DNA of 64,000 nt from Methanobacteriota archaeon (GTDB taxonomy: Archaea > Thermoplasmatota > Thermoplasmata > SG8-5 > JAGLSY01), in assembly GCA_020697715.1 (NCBI GenBank), contig JAEHCO010000007.1, positions 1 to 64,000 of the forward strand. The letters run 5' to 3'. Positions 28,001 to 38,191 of this stretch are shown here, in pieces; within the stretch, counting starts at the first letter, position 1; each line of letters opens with the position of its first letter. The notes under the pieces were generated by a model. That model saw only the letters and a list, made by a program, of their open reading frames with translations. It did not search any database and was not told the DNA's origin. Position numbers and translations under genes: made by a program.

Positions 28001-31000
28001 TTCTCAATGGTGAAGGTACTGTCAACACCAAAAACACCGGTCGGAGAGTTGGTGATGGTATTCAGAGACATTGGAGTGGTGTAATCAGAACCCCTTGCAC
28101 CCAATCCAAAAGCCGTAAGTGCATTCATTGTGTTGCCAGTTATGAGATTGTCACCAGAGTCCCAAGAATAGATACCTATGGGGCTGTTGGTTAAAATGTT
28201 CGATATTACAGTGTTGCCGAATGTTCCATCAGCCAATCTTATACCTTCGGAGGTGGCGCCGGTAACTGTATTGCCAGATACGATATTTCCAGTGGATGTA
28301 TCAGTGACTATGATCCCTATCATTGAAGAGCTCATCAAATTGTTTGTCACATAGTTCGAATCAGAATCCCTTAGATTGACATCATTCTGGGCATTGCTAT
28401 TGAATGTTGAACCATTGATCACATTGTAATTTGACGATTGGAACCTTATGCCTTGCCAAAGGTTCGAGGAGATCGTGGAGCCCTCGATGGTGTTGGAATC
28501 TGAGTTAAAGCCAAACACTCCTCCATTGGCACTGTTCGTGATCAAAGTATTGACAATGGTATTGGAATCCGCATCACGCAGATACAATCCATATCCCTCA
28601 TCACTGTTGGATATTGTCGAGTCGATTATGAAGTTGTTATCAGACCTGATGTACAATCCATGAGCATTGCCAGTGAATGTCGCATTATAGATGAACACGC
28701 CGTTTGCGTATACTTCCACACCTTCATTCGACCAATCCCAGCCAGCACCCGTGATGGTACTGTTCTCCACTCTGAAGTTCGCACCACTCATGATATTCAT
28801 CAGGTAGCCGAAGGTCGTGTTAGACATCACAGTGCTTCCTTCGATGATATGGAATGTACCGCTTGAGTTGACCTGGATAAGATACTGGCCATTTGCAGCA
28901 TTGTTCATCCTTAGCTGAGTCTCATCGAGTATCAATGAACCACCGCTCTCGACCCAAACATCACCTGTCTGATTCCAGAAGGATGGATCCACTGTGAGTG
29001 TTCCACCATTCCTTATGACCAGCTGGCCAGTAAGGTTGAAGGACGAGTCTCTTATGAGAATGTCAACACCATCGATCACCACGTCCTCGAGGTACGTCGT
29101 GTCGTCAAGTTGTAATTCATCGCCATCTGTAGCATTCGCAATAGCACTCGTTATTGTCGGATACCAAAGTCCCTGGTTCCAGTTCAATACATTTTGGTCA
29201 GGGTGCCAGTTGGTCCATCCAAATGGAACTGTATGAGGCCATAAGTCCTGAGAATCTCCATCGATCACATATGGGTCATCGACGAAGCCATCCCAGTTGT
29301 CATCCGGGGTTTCCCAGTTATCCCAATAGTTACCGCCCAGGTCATATCCGAGGTTCCAGGTCTGGGTATATGCATCGAGAGCCTGAACTCCATTGTTTAT
29401 GAAATTATTGTGATAAATGAAGTTGTTATATCCATTTTCAATATTCAGACCAATACCAGAATTTGAATCGATCGTGTTGTTGGTAATCATGTTATTTTCA
29501 TATGGAGGAGGAGGAATTGCCCAGATAAGATCAGGGTATGATAGATCCTCATATATTGCCCAAACCGTTGCAAAGTCCCAGCCAGTGAATGTAGCTTCTT
29601 GTTTCATTTCAGCTGTTGTTTTACCAATTCCACCATAGCTGGTCAACAAACCAGATGAGTCCATGTCCCAGAAACAGTTGAGCGTTGTCAAACCCGCTTT
29701 TCCTGAGAAACCTCCAACATTGATAGTGCCAGAAACTGTGCCAGTACTGTAACTATTTGTTACAGTAGCTGCACTATTTCCACCGATGAATCCTCCTGAA
29801 TTAGCTCCACCAGAAATGACATCTACGTTTGAGTAACAATCAATTATTATATCATTCCAGGCCCATCCAACTAATCCTCCAGCATCAGCCCCAGTACTAG
29901 TTACCGTTCCTTTGCTATAAGAATTACTTATTGATTGGATCGAGGTGTAAGTCTGTCCAACAAGCCCTCCAATATTGCCATCACCACTAACAATAGAATC
30001 AGAGTAACAGCCAGTTATAGTTCCTGTACCATCATTTGAGCCAACTATTCCTCCAACTGTGCCGCTTACAGCATCAATTGTTACTAAAGCATGGCAATCT
30101 GTAATAGTGCCTATGTTGTATGCAGTTATGCCTCCAGCTGTTCCCTGTGTGCCAGAAATTGTCCCGGTAACATAAGAGTTGTCTATTGCCCCCTCATTGT
30201 GTCCGCTTATTCCTCCTGCATAATTTGTACCAGAGACCAATATATTTTCCAGTCCAATATTGCTTACTACACCAGATGGTCCAATGAATCCCATGAAACT
30301 CCTATCCCATTGATTCTTGTAACCCACATATAGGTCTGAAATAACAAGTCCCTGACCATCTAATGTTCCAGTGAATGGTGAAGCACTATTTCCAATCGGC
30401 TCAAATCCTTCTCCACCATTCCATCCCGTTGTTGCACTTGCATCAAAACTATTCATCACGATATAATTGGCTCCAAGATCAAGAGCTATATCCTGCAATT
30501 CATTTACATTTGTTATCTGGTATGGATCACCTGGAGAACCATCTCCAAGGCCTGAAAAGGCAGGTATTGGTGCGTCCCATTGTGGATAAGGATATGATGT
30601 TCCTTCATCAATTGCCCATGTGTTCACGAAATCCCAGCCGACGTATGTGGCCTGAGACATCATCTCTGCTGTTGTCTTTCCGTTTATATCTGTTCCAGAG
30701 CCGCCAGCAGATCCTATGCCAGTTGCCTGGCCAGAAGCATCGACATCCCAGAAGCATGGATCAATAATTCCACTGTCAGAGCCTGCAAAACCACCGACAT
30801 TTGTAACACCAGTTACAATGCCAGTTGAGAAGCTGTCAACTATCAATCCAAATATGGAGCCAACATCATTAATTCCAACAAAGCCTCCGACATTGTTATT
30901 ACCAATAACATCACCCTTTGCATAGGAATTGTGGATCTCACCTCGATTGTCTCCAACGAATCCGCCATAGTTGCTATTATCACCATTTTTAGTTACTGAA

Positions 31001-34000
31001 CCTGTGGCGTAACATTCGAAGATCTCTCCTCTGCTATGACCGATGAAGCCACCGATTGTGGCAAAACCGACCACAGAACCTGTAGCATAACAATTATCAA
31101 TAATAGGTCCAGCTGCCCCGATAGTACCGATGAAGCCACCCACATTTGATGAATCTACTCCACCTGTTACATCACAGGTGCTTGAGCTATTGGCAATGTT
31201 GTTGTTATTGTAATTATCACCGATGAAGCCACCAATATAAGAACCATAATCAACACCATTCACAGATCCAGTTGTGTGTGAGTCTTCGACATCACCAGAG
31301 TTTTCTCCGATAAGACCACCAGTTTGTGATTGGCCAGTAACAATACCATCAAAATCACAAGATGTGACGGTTCCAGAGTTCGAGCCCATTAAACCGCCTA
31401 CCTTATCATCACCAGTAATTACTGAGCTAGCGATACTGACATTGGATATTTTCGAATTAAAGGCCCACCCAAACAATCCTATATAATCTTCAGTTGGTCT
31501 ATTAACAACCAGATTGCTTATTGTGAATCCCTTTCCGTCCAATGTCCCCTGGAATGGTGAGGCACTTGCGCCGATCGGAACAAAGCCGCCTCCAAGATTC
31601 CATCCTGAAGTAGCTGTGGCATCGATATCGTTCATCAGAATATAGTGCATGGACTTTTCAATGTTCATCTCCTGAAGTAGGTCTACTGTTGATACCTGGT
31701 ATGGGTCGGCTGGAGTTCCTGAACCAGGCCCACTAAACAGAGCCTTTGGCTCATTTACTGGCAGAGCTAAGAATATGCTCTCATCATTGTCAACTGATAA
31801 ACCGGCTGGTAGATCATTAGTAATGATAATTCCATCACCACCATTTCCATAGATCACATTATTGGAAATAGAATTGTTATTTGAACTCAGATAAATTCCT
31901 TCAGCTGCATTTCCATTGATATTGTTACCAGAGATCGTGTTATTATTAGATCCAATATATATTCCCATATTACCATTATCTACAATGTCATTTCCGATTA
32001 CCTGGGTAAACATACCCGCTCCGGATTCCAGGGATATTCCTGCATTGACATTATCAGATATATCACTATCAAGTATCATGGTATTTGAGCTGCCATCCAA
32101 TGTTAATCCATTATAATTGTCAATAAGCTCTGCTTGATTGAAATAAGTATCATCTGCATAGACCACAAGACCAGGGTTGGCTGCATCCCATCCAGCATCC
32201 TGGATGGTTGAGTTCTCAACGTTGAAGGTTGCGCCATCATTGACGATGAAGTTATAGCCAAAGTTCGGGTCCACTGCCTTGATGGTCGAGCCATTTGGAT
32301 TTACATCATTATACAGGTTCATGACCTCGTAGTCTGTGAGTGGTCTGGAATATATCCTGGCATCATCCATTCTTCCATCGAAGTAATCATTGGCCCAGTT
32401 GGACTTGCCTATGAAGGATGATGTCCTGGCAACATTCGCAGGTACTGAAATGGTCCCTGTCTTTATTGGGTTGCCATTCACATATATGGTCACATCACCA
32501 GTAGCACTCATAGTAGCAGCAAAATGGTTCCAGCCAGATATTCCATTCAAAGGATCGGTATCTGTTACCACCGCGCCTCCAAACGCACCGCCAATATAGA
32601 CCTGGAAGGCAAGTTCATCATTCACGCCCCACCTGGCAAAGACGATGTTGTCATCATTCTGTCCCTGGCCAAGATCAAAGAACCTTGCCCAATCCTTCAC
32701 ACTGTCTATCTCTGCCCATATGGACATGGTCAATCCATTGGATACATCATAGTCGACAGTGCCAAGGTCAACATAATCATCGATGCCATCGAAGTCAAGT
32801 GCTCCATCCATTGTCCATGTTGGATCATTAGCATCTGCCCCAACGGCCGAGCCAAGTGTACCGTCATTGTCAAAGATCTTAGATGAATCATATGCGGTAT
32901 CTCCAGTGCCTTCATCGAAGGTCCACTGGCCGATCAGGTCTGGTGATTCCTGTATGTATATCTCACCAGTGGCATTCACTGTGATGCCGAACTCACCATC
33001 AAAGGTATTGTCGATCTCCCATGTGGAGGAGTTCAGCCATACACGACCATCTATCCAGACATTCTCCGATATGAGGGTGTTCGGGCTGTTCTTGATGATC
33101 AGATCACCATTCACGATGACTGTTCCCACTTCAAGTGAGATGTCATCAAGCGTTAGCAAGCTACCAGCATTTATTGTCAGGCTGCCATCTATTTCAAAGT
33201 TTGAACCGACGAACTCAATGTTCTTATCCACAACGATATTCTCGCCGTATATCCTGTCTTCTATGAGCAATCTGTCACCTGGACTGGCCGCGGCGATGGC
33301 ATCGGTTATGATGACATGGTCGGTCATTGCATCCAGATTATGAACTGGAGTTGGGTTCAGCCAGCCATTTTCAACACCATATGGCCAGGTATCCTCTGAT
33401 ACTCCGCCAGTTATTGGGTAATTGACATCTATGAACCAGTCTGGAAGGCCTGTTGTCTGGGGCCTTATTATATCATTGTAGTGATCTGGAACCACTAGGT
33501 CGCTCCAGTAGTTCCCTCCTACTGGATATGGTGCGTTCCATGTATTTGCGTCCAGCTCCCATGCCTGGTTGACATTGTCGATGAAATTGTTATGATAGAT
33601 GAGATTGTCATTTCCTTCCTCGATGTACATTCCATAGCCAGTGTTATCCATGATCACATTGTCTGTGAACATGTTATTGGTGTGAGGAACAAGATCGATA
33701 TTGTCTTGGATCTCTTCTATGGATATTGCTCTGTCCCATATCTTGACCTCATCGATGGAGCCCACGAAGCCCCAAGCGTTAAGGTAGGATAGTCCAATCC
33801 TGGATACACCTGGCTGTATATTAGGTAACATTGCAACAGATGGACTAGCGGATACACCGTCAACGTATATCTCGGCTGTAGCTCCATTGAACACGACGCC
33901 AACATAATGCCATACACCATCATTCACCGAGATCGTGGATACAGGTCCGACCTGGTTCGTCACATCGAAGTGTAGCAGACCAGTTGTATCATGGTAGAAG

Positions 34001-37000
34001 TGCAGACCCTCAAAGAATCCTGGGTCTGAACCATAAGCGATGATGGTTGGCCTCGCTCCTACGCTTGTGGTGTTTATCCAGGCAAATATCGAGAATGGAC
34101 CGGTTCCTGTGTGAGGTGTCTGGCTCAGTGTTACGTAATCGCCTATGAAGTCCAGGCCACTGTTCACTGCTCCGGTTCCCCAGGTCGGGTCTATGCCGAC
34201 CTCGACAGTACCGTCCAGGCCAAGGAAGCCATTATTTCCGGTCGCGCTTGAATCCGCGACAGTCTGCCCAGTATTCTCATCAAAGTTCCAGTAGCCAACA
34301 GGGTCATCGGATGGTGTGACATAATTGAGATCAAGATCCCCATTGACGAATATTCCATTATCATTGCCAATTATCTGATTATCGCTGATGTCATTGACAT
34401 TGCCGCTGTGGGTTACGAGATCGTAAAGGTACAGACCATCACCGTTGTTATTTAGTATCATGTTATTTGTAATATCTATATTTACAGAATAGTTCACTGC
34501 TATACCATCATATAGACTGTTACCGACAGTGTTGTTCCTAATTGGTGTGTCCTTTGACTTGACCAGCCATATTCCGAAGCCACCACTGTTCCATACCTCA
34601 TTGTCCTCAACTGTGTTATTGTTGTGTATGAGCCATTCCGCATCCCCAAGGTTATTGAGTATCGAGATACCGCTCCAGCTGCTCCCAGTCACATTGTTGC
34701 CGATAATCGCGGCGTCCTCAACATTGGACACTCCGGGCAGGAAACAGATACCATACTGGCGGCTGTCTGTCACTGTATTGTAAAGGACCTGATGGTCATC
34801 TCCCTGGGCGAAATAGATACCGTAAGTATTGTTGGTGATCGTATTGTATTGAACTACGTGACCATTTGTATTGCCACCGCCAATTCCGATACCGCCATTA
34901 TCATAGACATCATTGTACTGGTAAGTGCCATAGCTGGCATAGCTGATGTAGGCACCATAGATATCATTAGTATGAATGCTGTTATTCTCTATTGTATTGT
35001 AGCTACAGCCATAGTCATTACCAATACCGAAATAATAGTTATCATAGACCGTATTATTGGCTATTGTATTGTAATCTGAATATCTTTCGATATGGATACC
35101 ACCATCGAAGCTTCCCATGCCCACACCATTGTTATAGACGGTGTTTCTCATTACAGTATTGTAATCTGTTATTCCAGTGAAAGAATACAGATTTATACCA
35201 TCCTCATCATTGTTGAAGACCGTATTGTCTGAAACTGTATTATATCCTGCCTGGTAGAGTAAAATTCCGTTCTCCAATTGTGAGTCCGAGACAGTGTTAT
35301 TATCAATGGTGTTCCATGATCCAATAGATACCTGAATTCCATTATATTCACAGAAAGATATCGTATTGTTCAATATCATATTGGAGCTTGACTGAATCCT
35401 TATTCCATCATAATCGCAGGCTGTTATTACATTGCCCTCGATGGTGTTTGAGCTACCGCCAGATATTCTGATACCATGCTGTGAACCATACATGATATTA
35501 TCATAAACATGAACATTTGTCACGGTGTCCAGATTGAGACCAGCATCTGCATTTAGGTTGGTTCCACCATTGGTGACATTGAAGCCAGTTATATTAACCC
35601 AGTTAGACTGAATATCGACAGCTTTGCCAGTTCCACTGCCATCAATTATCGTATTGTCCCTGCTAGCTCCCTGGATTGTCAGTATTTTATTGACAATGAT
35701 ATTCTCCGTATATGTACCAGGATCCACCATTATGGTATGGCCGTCCAGTGTGTCTGCATCATCTATTGCTGCCTGAATGGTCATGAATGTCTCGGTCGTA
35801 TCGATATTCTCTACAGGGTCTGGGATATATGGCCAGCTGCTTGGGGTCATCCATGGGAAATCATCCTGCCCAGTTGTCATCAATATCACAGGAGGAGCGA
35901 TGATCGTCTGGATACCCGTATATGGTGTGTCGCCGATACCATTCACATCTCCATCTGAACCTGCATAATCATCCCAGAAGTTTCCACCATAAGGCAGGCC
36001 ATTGTCCCATAAAGGACTGCCCTGGTAGAAGGCATGGGTTCCGGCATTTAGAATGAAATTATTATTGTAAATAATGGCTCCATTGTTCGGGCCGTTCACG
36101 GTGACACCATTCCCCATATTGTTCGATATGGTATTGTTCACTATCTCGGCATTGTCCATACCAGAACCTATCTGGATGCCAGATACCAAGGTTCCAGTTA
36201 TCGTGAAGCCTGTTATCTCCACATTCAAAGCCGCAATATCAAATCCAATATTGTGAGTGAGGCCTCCATCCAGAGTGGTGGTGTCCTTGTCCTCACCGAT
36301 CAAGGTCAGCTCCTTGTTGATGTTGACAGATTCAACATATGTTCCTTCCTCGACAAAGATAGTATGGCCGTCCAGTGTTTCAGGAGCATCGATAGCCTCT
36401 TGAATGGACTTGTAAGCGAGGTCAGTGTTCAGATTGCTTACAGGTGTGACCCAGCCATTGGATTCCATCCAGGGATATGCATCCGCACCCCTGTCAACTA
36501 TAGCATATGCTGTGTCCCCAAAGCCATCTGAATCACCATCAACACCAACATAATCGTCCCAATAATTTCCTCCTACGGGGAGGGCTTGAGACCATATTTG
36601 GGTTCCCGAACCTTCGGTGTAAGCATTAACTGCATTGCCAATGAAATTATTATTGTATATTTGAGTCTGAGGTCCTTGTGAATTTGAAATATAGTATAAA
36701 TGGATACCATATTGGCTGGCACCAGATATCGTATTTCCGATTATCCGGTTGTCATGCGATGCAGATAGGTAAATACCCAGTGTACCACCAGTGATCGTAT
36801 TTGACTCGATAATATTTCCAATACTAGGATATCTCTGAATGTACATACCAAATGTATTGGATGTGAATGTATTGTCCTTTATTGAGGTGTAGGATGATTC
36901 CCAATCCCATATGCCTCTTGCATTGCCAGAGATTGTATTGTTATTGATGTCATTGTGATCGGCTCCCACGTATAAGGCGACAGCAGATGAATAACTAGAT

Positions 37001-37497
37001 GTGATCGTATTTCCTGTGATCACATTGTAGGTAGCTCCCTGCAGCAATATACCTTGGCCATTGTCATGAATGATATTGTTCTCAATCAGGCAGTAATCGA
37101 AATTGTTAATGTAAATTCCACCATTGAGATTATATTGGTATGAATTCTGTATTCCGATATTTTTAACAGTCACACCGTTTGATTGAATGTTCACGGTATG
37201 TGTGACCTGGCCACCATTTATGATAGTGGTAGCTGGATCCACTCCTTGGAGTGTGATCGCCTTATTGATCACCACATTCTCAAAGTATGTTCCAGAATTG
37301 ACCTCGATGGTATGGCCTGCCAAGGTCTCAGGGGCATTAATGGCCTCCTGGATGGTGACATAGCCAAGACCTGAATCGAGATTCATCACTGGAAATGGGG
37401 CATTGCCTTCATCTCCAACATCCATAGCTATAACACTCACTGGCATTATCATCATTACTGCTAACACAATTCCTAATATTTGCTGAACTAACTTCAT
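25066..37497 (-). CDS. Giant (~4140 aa) surface glycoprotein: NosD/CASH beta-helices, two LamG domains, two GLUG blocks, long helical stalk, TM, cytoplasmic CxxC..CxxC motif
   Basis: Signal peptide; TIQEAI/GGNYW-bounded beta-helix blocks; YWNFDE..GSIDEVKIWDRA and WTFDE..GRMDDARIYSR LamG; GGFIG GLUG; ~600-aa heptad-rich region; TM IMLLLIIVIILLII; CTYC..CNDC. SD GGAGAGGT favours ATG 37497. Confidence 0.88.
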   Translation of the reverse strand: MKLVQQILGIVLAVMMIMPVSVIAMDVGDEGNAPFPVMNLDSGLGYVTIQEAINAPETLAGHTIEVNSGTYFENVVINKAITLQGVDPATTIINGGQVTHTVNIQSNGVTVKNIGIQNSYQYNLNGGIYINNFDYCLIENNIIHDNGQGILLQGATYNVITGNTITSSYSSAVALYVGADHNDINNNTISGNARGIWDWESSYTSIKDNTFTSNTFGMYIQRYPSIGNIIESNTITGGTLGIYLSASHDNRIIGNTISGASQYGIHLYYISNSQGPQTQIYNNNFIGNAVNAYTEGSGTQIWSQALPVGGNYWDDYVGVDGDSDGFGDTAYAIVDRGADAYPWMESNGWVTPVSNLNTDLAYKSIQEAIDAPETLDGHTIFVEEGTYVESVNINKELTLIGEDKDTTTLDGGLTHNIGFDIAALNVEITGFTITGTLVSGIQIGSGMDNAEIVNNTISNNMGNGVTVNGPNNGAIIYNNNFILNAGTHAFYQGSPLWDNGLPYGGNFWDDYAGSDGDVNGIGDTPYTGIQTIIAPPVILMTTGQDDFPWMTPSSWPYIPDPVENIDTTETFMTIQAAIDDADTLDGHTIMVDPGTYTENIIVNKILTIQGASRDNTIIDGSGTGKAVDIQSNWVNITGFNVTNGGTNLNADAGLNLDTVTNVHVYDNIMYGSQHGIRISGGSSNTIEGNVITACDYDGIRIQSSSNMILNNTISFCEYNGIQVSIGSWNTIDNNTVSDSQLENGILLYQAGYNTVSDNTVFNNDEDGINLYSFTGITDYNTVMRNTVYNNGVGMGSFDGGIHIERYSDYNTIANNTVYDNYYFGIGNDYGCSYNTIENNSIHTNDIYGAYISYASYGTYQYNDVYDNGGIGIGGGNTNGHVVQYNTITNNTYGIYFAQGDDHQVLYNTVTDSRQYGICFLPGVSNVEDAAIIGNNVTGSSWSGISILNNLGDAEWLIHNNNTVEDNEVWNSGGFGIWLVKSKDTPIRNNTVGNSLYDGIAVNYSVNIDITNNMILNNNGDGLYLYDLVTHSGNVNDISDNQIIGNDNGIFVNGDLDLNYVTPSDDPVGYWNFDENTGQTVADSSATGNNGFLGLDGTVEVGIDPTWGTGAVNSGLDFIGDYVTLSQTPHTGTGPFSIFAWINTTSVGARPTIIAYGSDPGFFEGLHFYHDTTGLLHFDVTNQVGPVSTISVNDGVWHYVGVVFNGATAEIYVDGVSASPSVAMLPNIQPGVSRIGLSYLNAWGFVGSIDEVKIWDRAISIEEIQDNIDLVPHTNNMFTDNVIMDNTGYGMYIEEGNDNLIYHNNFIDNVNQAWELDANTWNAPYPVGGNYWSDLVVPDHYNDIIRPQTTGLPDWFIDVNYPITGGVSEDTWPYGVENGWLNPTPVHNLDAMTDHVIITDAIAAASPGDRLLIEDRIYGENIVVDKNIEFVGSNFEIDGSLTINAGSLLTLDDISLEVGTVIVNGDLIIKNSPNTLISENVWIDGRVWLNSSTWEIDNTFDGEFGITVNATGEIYIQESPDLIGQWTFDEGTGDTAYDSSKIFDNDGTLGSAVGADANDPTWTMDGALDFDGIDDYVDLGTVDYDVSNGLTMSIWAEIDSVKDWARFFDLGQGQNDDNIVFARWGVNDELAFQVYIGGAFGGAVVTDTDPLNGISGWNHFAATMSATGDVTIYVNGNPIKTGTISVPANVARTSSFIGKSNWANDYFDGRMDDARIYSRPLTDYEVMNLYNDVNPNGSTIKAVDPNFGYNFIVNDGATFNVENSTIQDAGWDAANPGLVVYADDTYFNQAELIDNYNGLTLDGSSNTMILDSDISDNVNAGISLESGAGMFTQVIGNDIVDNGNMGIYIGSNNNTISGNNINGNAAEGIYLSSNNNSISNNVIYGNGGDGIIITNDLPAGLSVDNDESIFLALPVNEPKALFSGPGSGTPADPYQVSTVDLLQEMNIEKSMHYILMNDIDATATSGWNLGGGFVPIGASASPFQGTLDGKGFTISNLVVNRPTEDYIGLFGWAFNSKISNVSIASSVITGDDKVGGLMGSNSGTVTSCDFDGIVTGQSQTGGLIGENSGDVEDSHTTGSVNGVDYGSYIGGFIGDNYNNNNIANSSSTCDVTGGVDSSNVGGFIGTIGAAGPIIDNCYATGSVVGFATIGGFIGHSRGEIFECYATGSVTKNGDNSNYGGFVGDNRGEIHNSYAKGDVIGNNNVGGFVGINDVGSIFGLIVDSFSTGIVTGVTNVGGFAGSDSGIIDPCFWDVDASGQATGIGSAGGSGTDINGKTTAEMMSQATYVGWDFVNTWAIDEGTSYPYPQWDAPIPAFSGLGDGSPGDPYQITNVNELQDIALDLGANYIVMNSFDASATTGWNGGEGFEPIGNSASPFTGTLDGQGLVISDLYVGYKNQWDRSFMGFIGPSGVVSNIGLENILVSGTNYAGGISGHNEGAIDNSYVTGTISGTQGTAGGITAYNIGTITDCHALVTIDAVSGTVGGIVGSNDGTGTITGCYSDSIVSGDGNIGGLVGQTYTSIQSISNSYSKGTVTSTGADAGGLVGWAWNDIIIDCYSNVDVISGGANSGGFIGGNSAATVTNSYSTGTVSGTINVGGFSGKAGLTTLNCFWDMDSSGLLTSYGGIGKTTAEMKQEATFTGWDFATVWAIYEDLSYPDLIWAIPPPPYENNMITNNTIDSNSGIGLNIENGYNNFIYHNNFINNGVQALDAYTQTWNLGYDLGGNYWDNWETPDDNWDGFVDDPYVIDGDSQDLWPHTVPFGWTNWHPDQNVLNWNQGLWYPTITSAIANATDGDELQLDDTTYLEDVVIDGVDILIRDSSFNLTGQLVIRNGGTLTVDPSFWNQTGDVWVESGGSLILDETQLRMNNAANGQYLIQVNSSGTFHIIEGSTVMSNTTFGYLMNIMSGANFRVENSTITGAGWDWSNEGVEVYANGVFIYNATFTGNAHGLYIRSDNNFIIDSTISNSDEGYGLYLRDADSNTIVNTLITNSANGGVFGFNSDSNTIEGSTISSNLWQGIRFQSSNYNVINGSTFNSNAQNDVNLRDSDSNYVTNNLMSSSMIGIIVTDTSTGNIVSGNTVTGATSEGIRLADGTFGNTVISNILTNSPIGIYSWDSGDNLITGNTMNALTAFGLGARGSDYTTPMSLNTITNSPTGVFGVDSTFTIENFTFSGNGFEIALDQDSHITSLNSTFNKASINYMDALSTLEIQWFMNVYVRDEMMQPVAGAQVEIVDMFGTPLYNVNADANGYARWNVVTEYVEDQAGQTDHTPHLAIANNGIMMGSLVATIDMSKEVTVTLSSTTPPTNVDVTTGLQYDANGVEYDIMASVTQNGQALVPDAFTNVTVTIFDDSMMKIVDNASMNILDATFGLYTYSDSIPAEGTYFVAVNAQIAGFNYIGITSFEVVGWIQVIDDINATVTANNALILAYWADFNATWTIWDAQFDSYWSYFNTTTDGLNITLQDQIEMVYTQMNDFEGNMTALLNDLDADLGQLDVNVTNMDAIMQAYFQAMWDEHNDTQTLHGLYWADWNVTSAALQADVNFLNATLLQVQTDLASLDATANIILAQLLAHRDDLNTTWDNWHLYFQAYQNYLNTTMDGLNLTIQTEAASIRSQMSGFEANITLLLSDLSGNLGQLDANLTSMDAAMQAYFMAMWNEHNDTHTLQSLYWTSWNSTMAQIQNDLNFANMTQLAFQSSLNDLRTEFTVFWAQYNMTTASNYASINAWFNTTWTDMAATETYISGMLSSQDLNISAMDANIASLRFAMDSGMTNLSMENMMTYSQISSYWTDFNTTLDLMQSDVDFVNATLLQVQIDLAWLNMSAADIQADIDYLNMTLANLYSDLWQVEGNLTMLIDDLTMTFMDELARVDFALYSQIMNQTADLTILLDGLDMKIDGLNITMQDGLASALSDILAAINADTAYLDSRIAELENAMDGFYNDLNNSLADLKGMLMSHDENMTDELALLDDTIRDLNSLTLAELTQRLNWISTNLSSHDIGTLLYLQALNQDIMDFQDNINGTLADIDDTLADLAKLDEIRADLFTLAENLEAAEASVIDKVGAESSEQQGNQNTIMLLLIIVIILLIINTVISMRKGGKDKDKSEPAKENECTYCGVSGKAGSTDEEGDFVCNDCAEELKISDDEE

Positions 37498-37738
37498 ATT
37501 TGACCTCTCCAATGTGTGCACGCAAATTCATATATCGCGTACCTTAACCTTGTTACACCTCCCGAATAACATATTATTAATATAGTTATGCACTAATAAA
37601 AATAAATATGAAGACATCTATTTAAATGGACAGATAAATATTAACAATAATTAATGAATGCAGCATGATATGGAAAAGTTATAATGATTTCTTAATAACA
37701 TTACATAATATCACTCACTACTTAAAAAAATAGAAAAG

Positions 37739-37902
37739 CGCCGAGGGGGAGAATTTCGAGCAATTGCGAGAAATCGTAACTTGTGTTCTCGCAAGTTTGC
37801 GTTCGAACTCCCGAGGTGAAACACCACCGGCTTTCTGATCCCAGTTCACTTTCGCATCCTGGAATTCGAGGCCGGCGCCCTACCGGACTAGACTACCTCG
37901 GC
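37739..37902 (-). tRNA. tRNA-Ser(CGA) with two introns (37833-37864 at 37/38; 37753-37801 at 59/60)
   Basis: Removing both inserts gives an 83-nt cloverleaf: GCCGAGG/CCTCGGC acceptor, G73, CCGGC-CTCGAAA-GCCGG anticodon arm, long variable arm, GGGAG-TTCGAAT-CTCCC T-arm. Confidence 0.9.
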
Positions 37903-38022
37903 TTGGTTTGTTGTCTTATTAGAGAGGTAGGATAGTACGGATTTGGCCCGTGAGTGAAACGTCAGGGCCGGTTACCGGACTAGACTACCTCGGCTTGGTT
38001 TGTTGTCTTATTAGAGAGGTAG
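37881..38022 (-). repeat. 50-bp perfect direct repeat (37881-37930, 37973-38022) of the tRNA-Ser leader plus first 22 tRNA nt, separated by a 42-bp hairpin spacer
   Basis: TACCGGACTAGACTACCTCGGCTTGGTTTGTTGTCTTATTAGAGAGGTAG present twice. Confidence 0.95.
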
Positions 38023-38191
38023 TCCGATTCTTTATATATTCTGAATCGCGACTTCCTCGGCTCACACTGCACGTGAGGCATTGTGTTGCTCCAACATATA
38101 CTAAGTTCCCTGTAATATCACCAATTATAAAATCTCACCTATCGAACGAAAAGGTTATTTCTATTCCGACATTAAGGGTGTCGGTGAGCCC

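Noticed and set aside
37931-37972. Hammerhead ribozyme in the tRNA-Ser repeat spacer
   Set aside because: The CUGANGA and GAAA core elements are not on the same strand in the required order.
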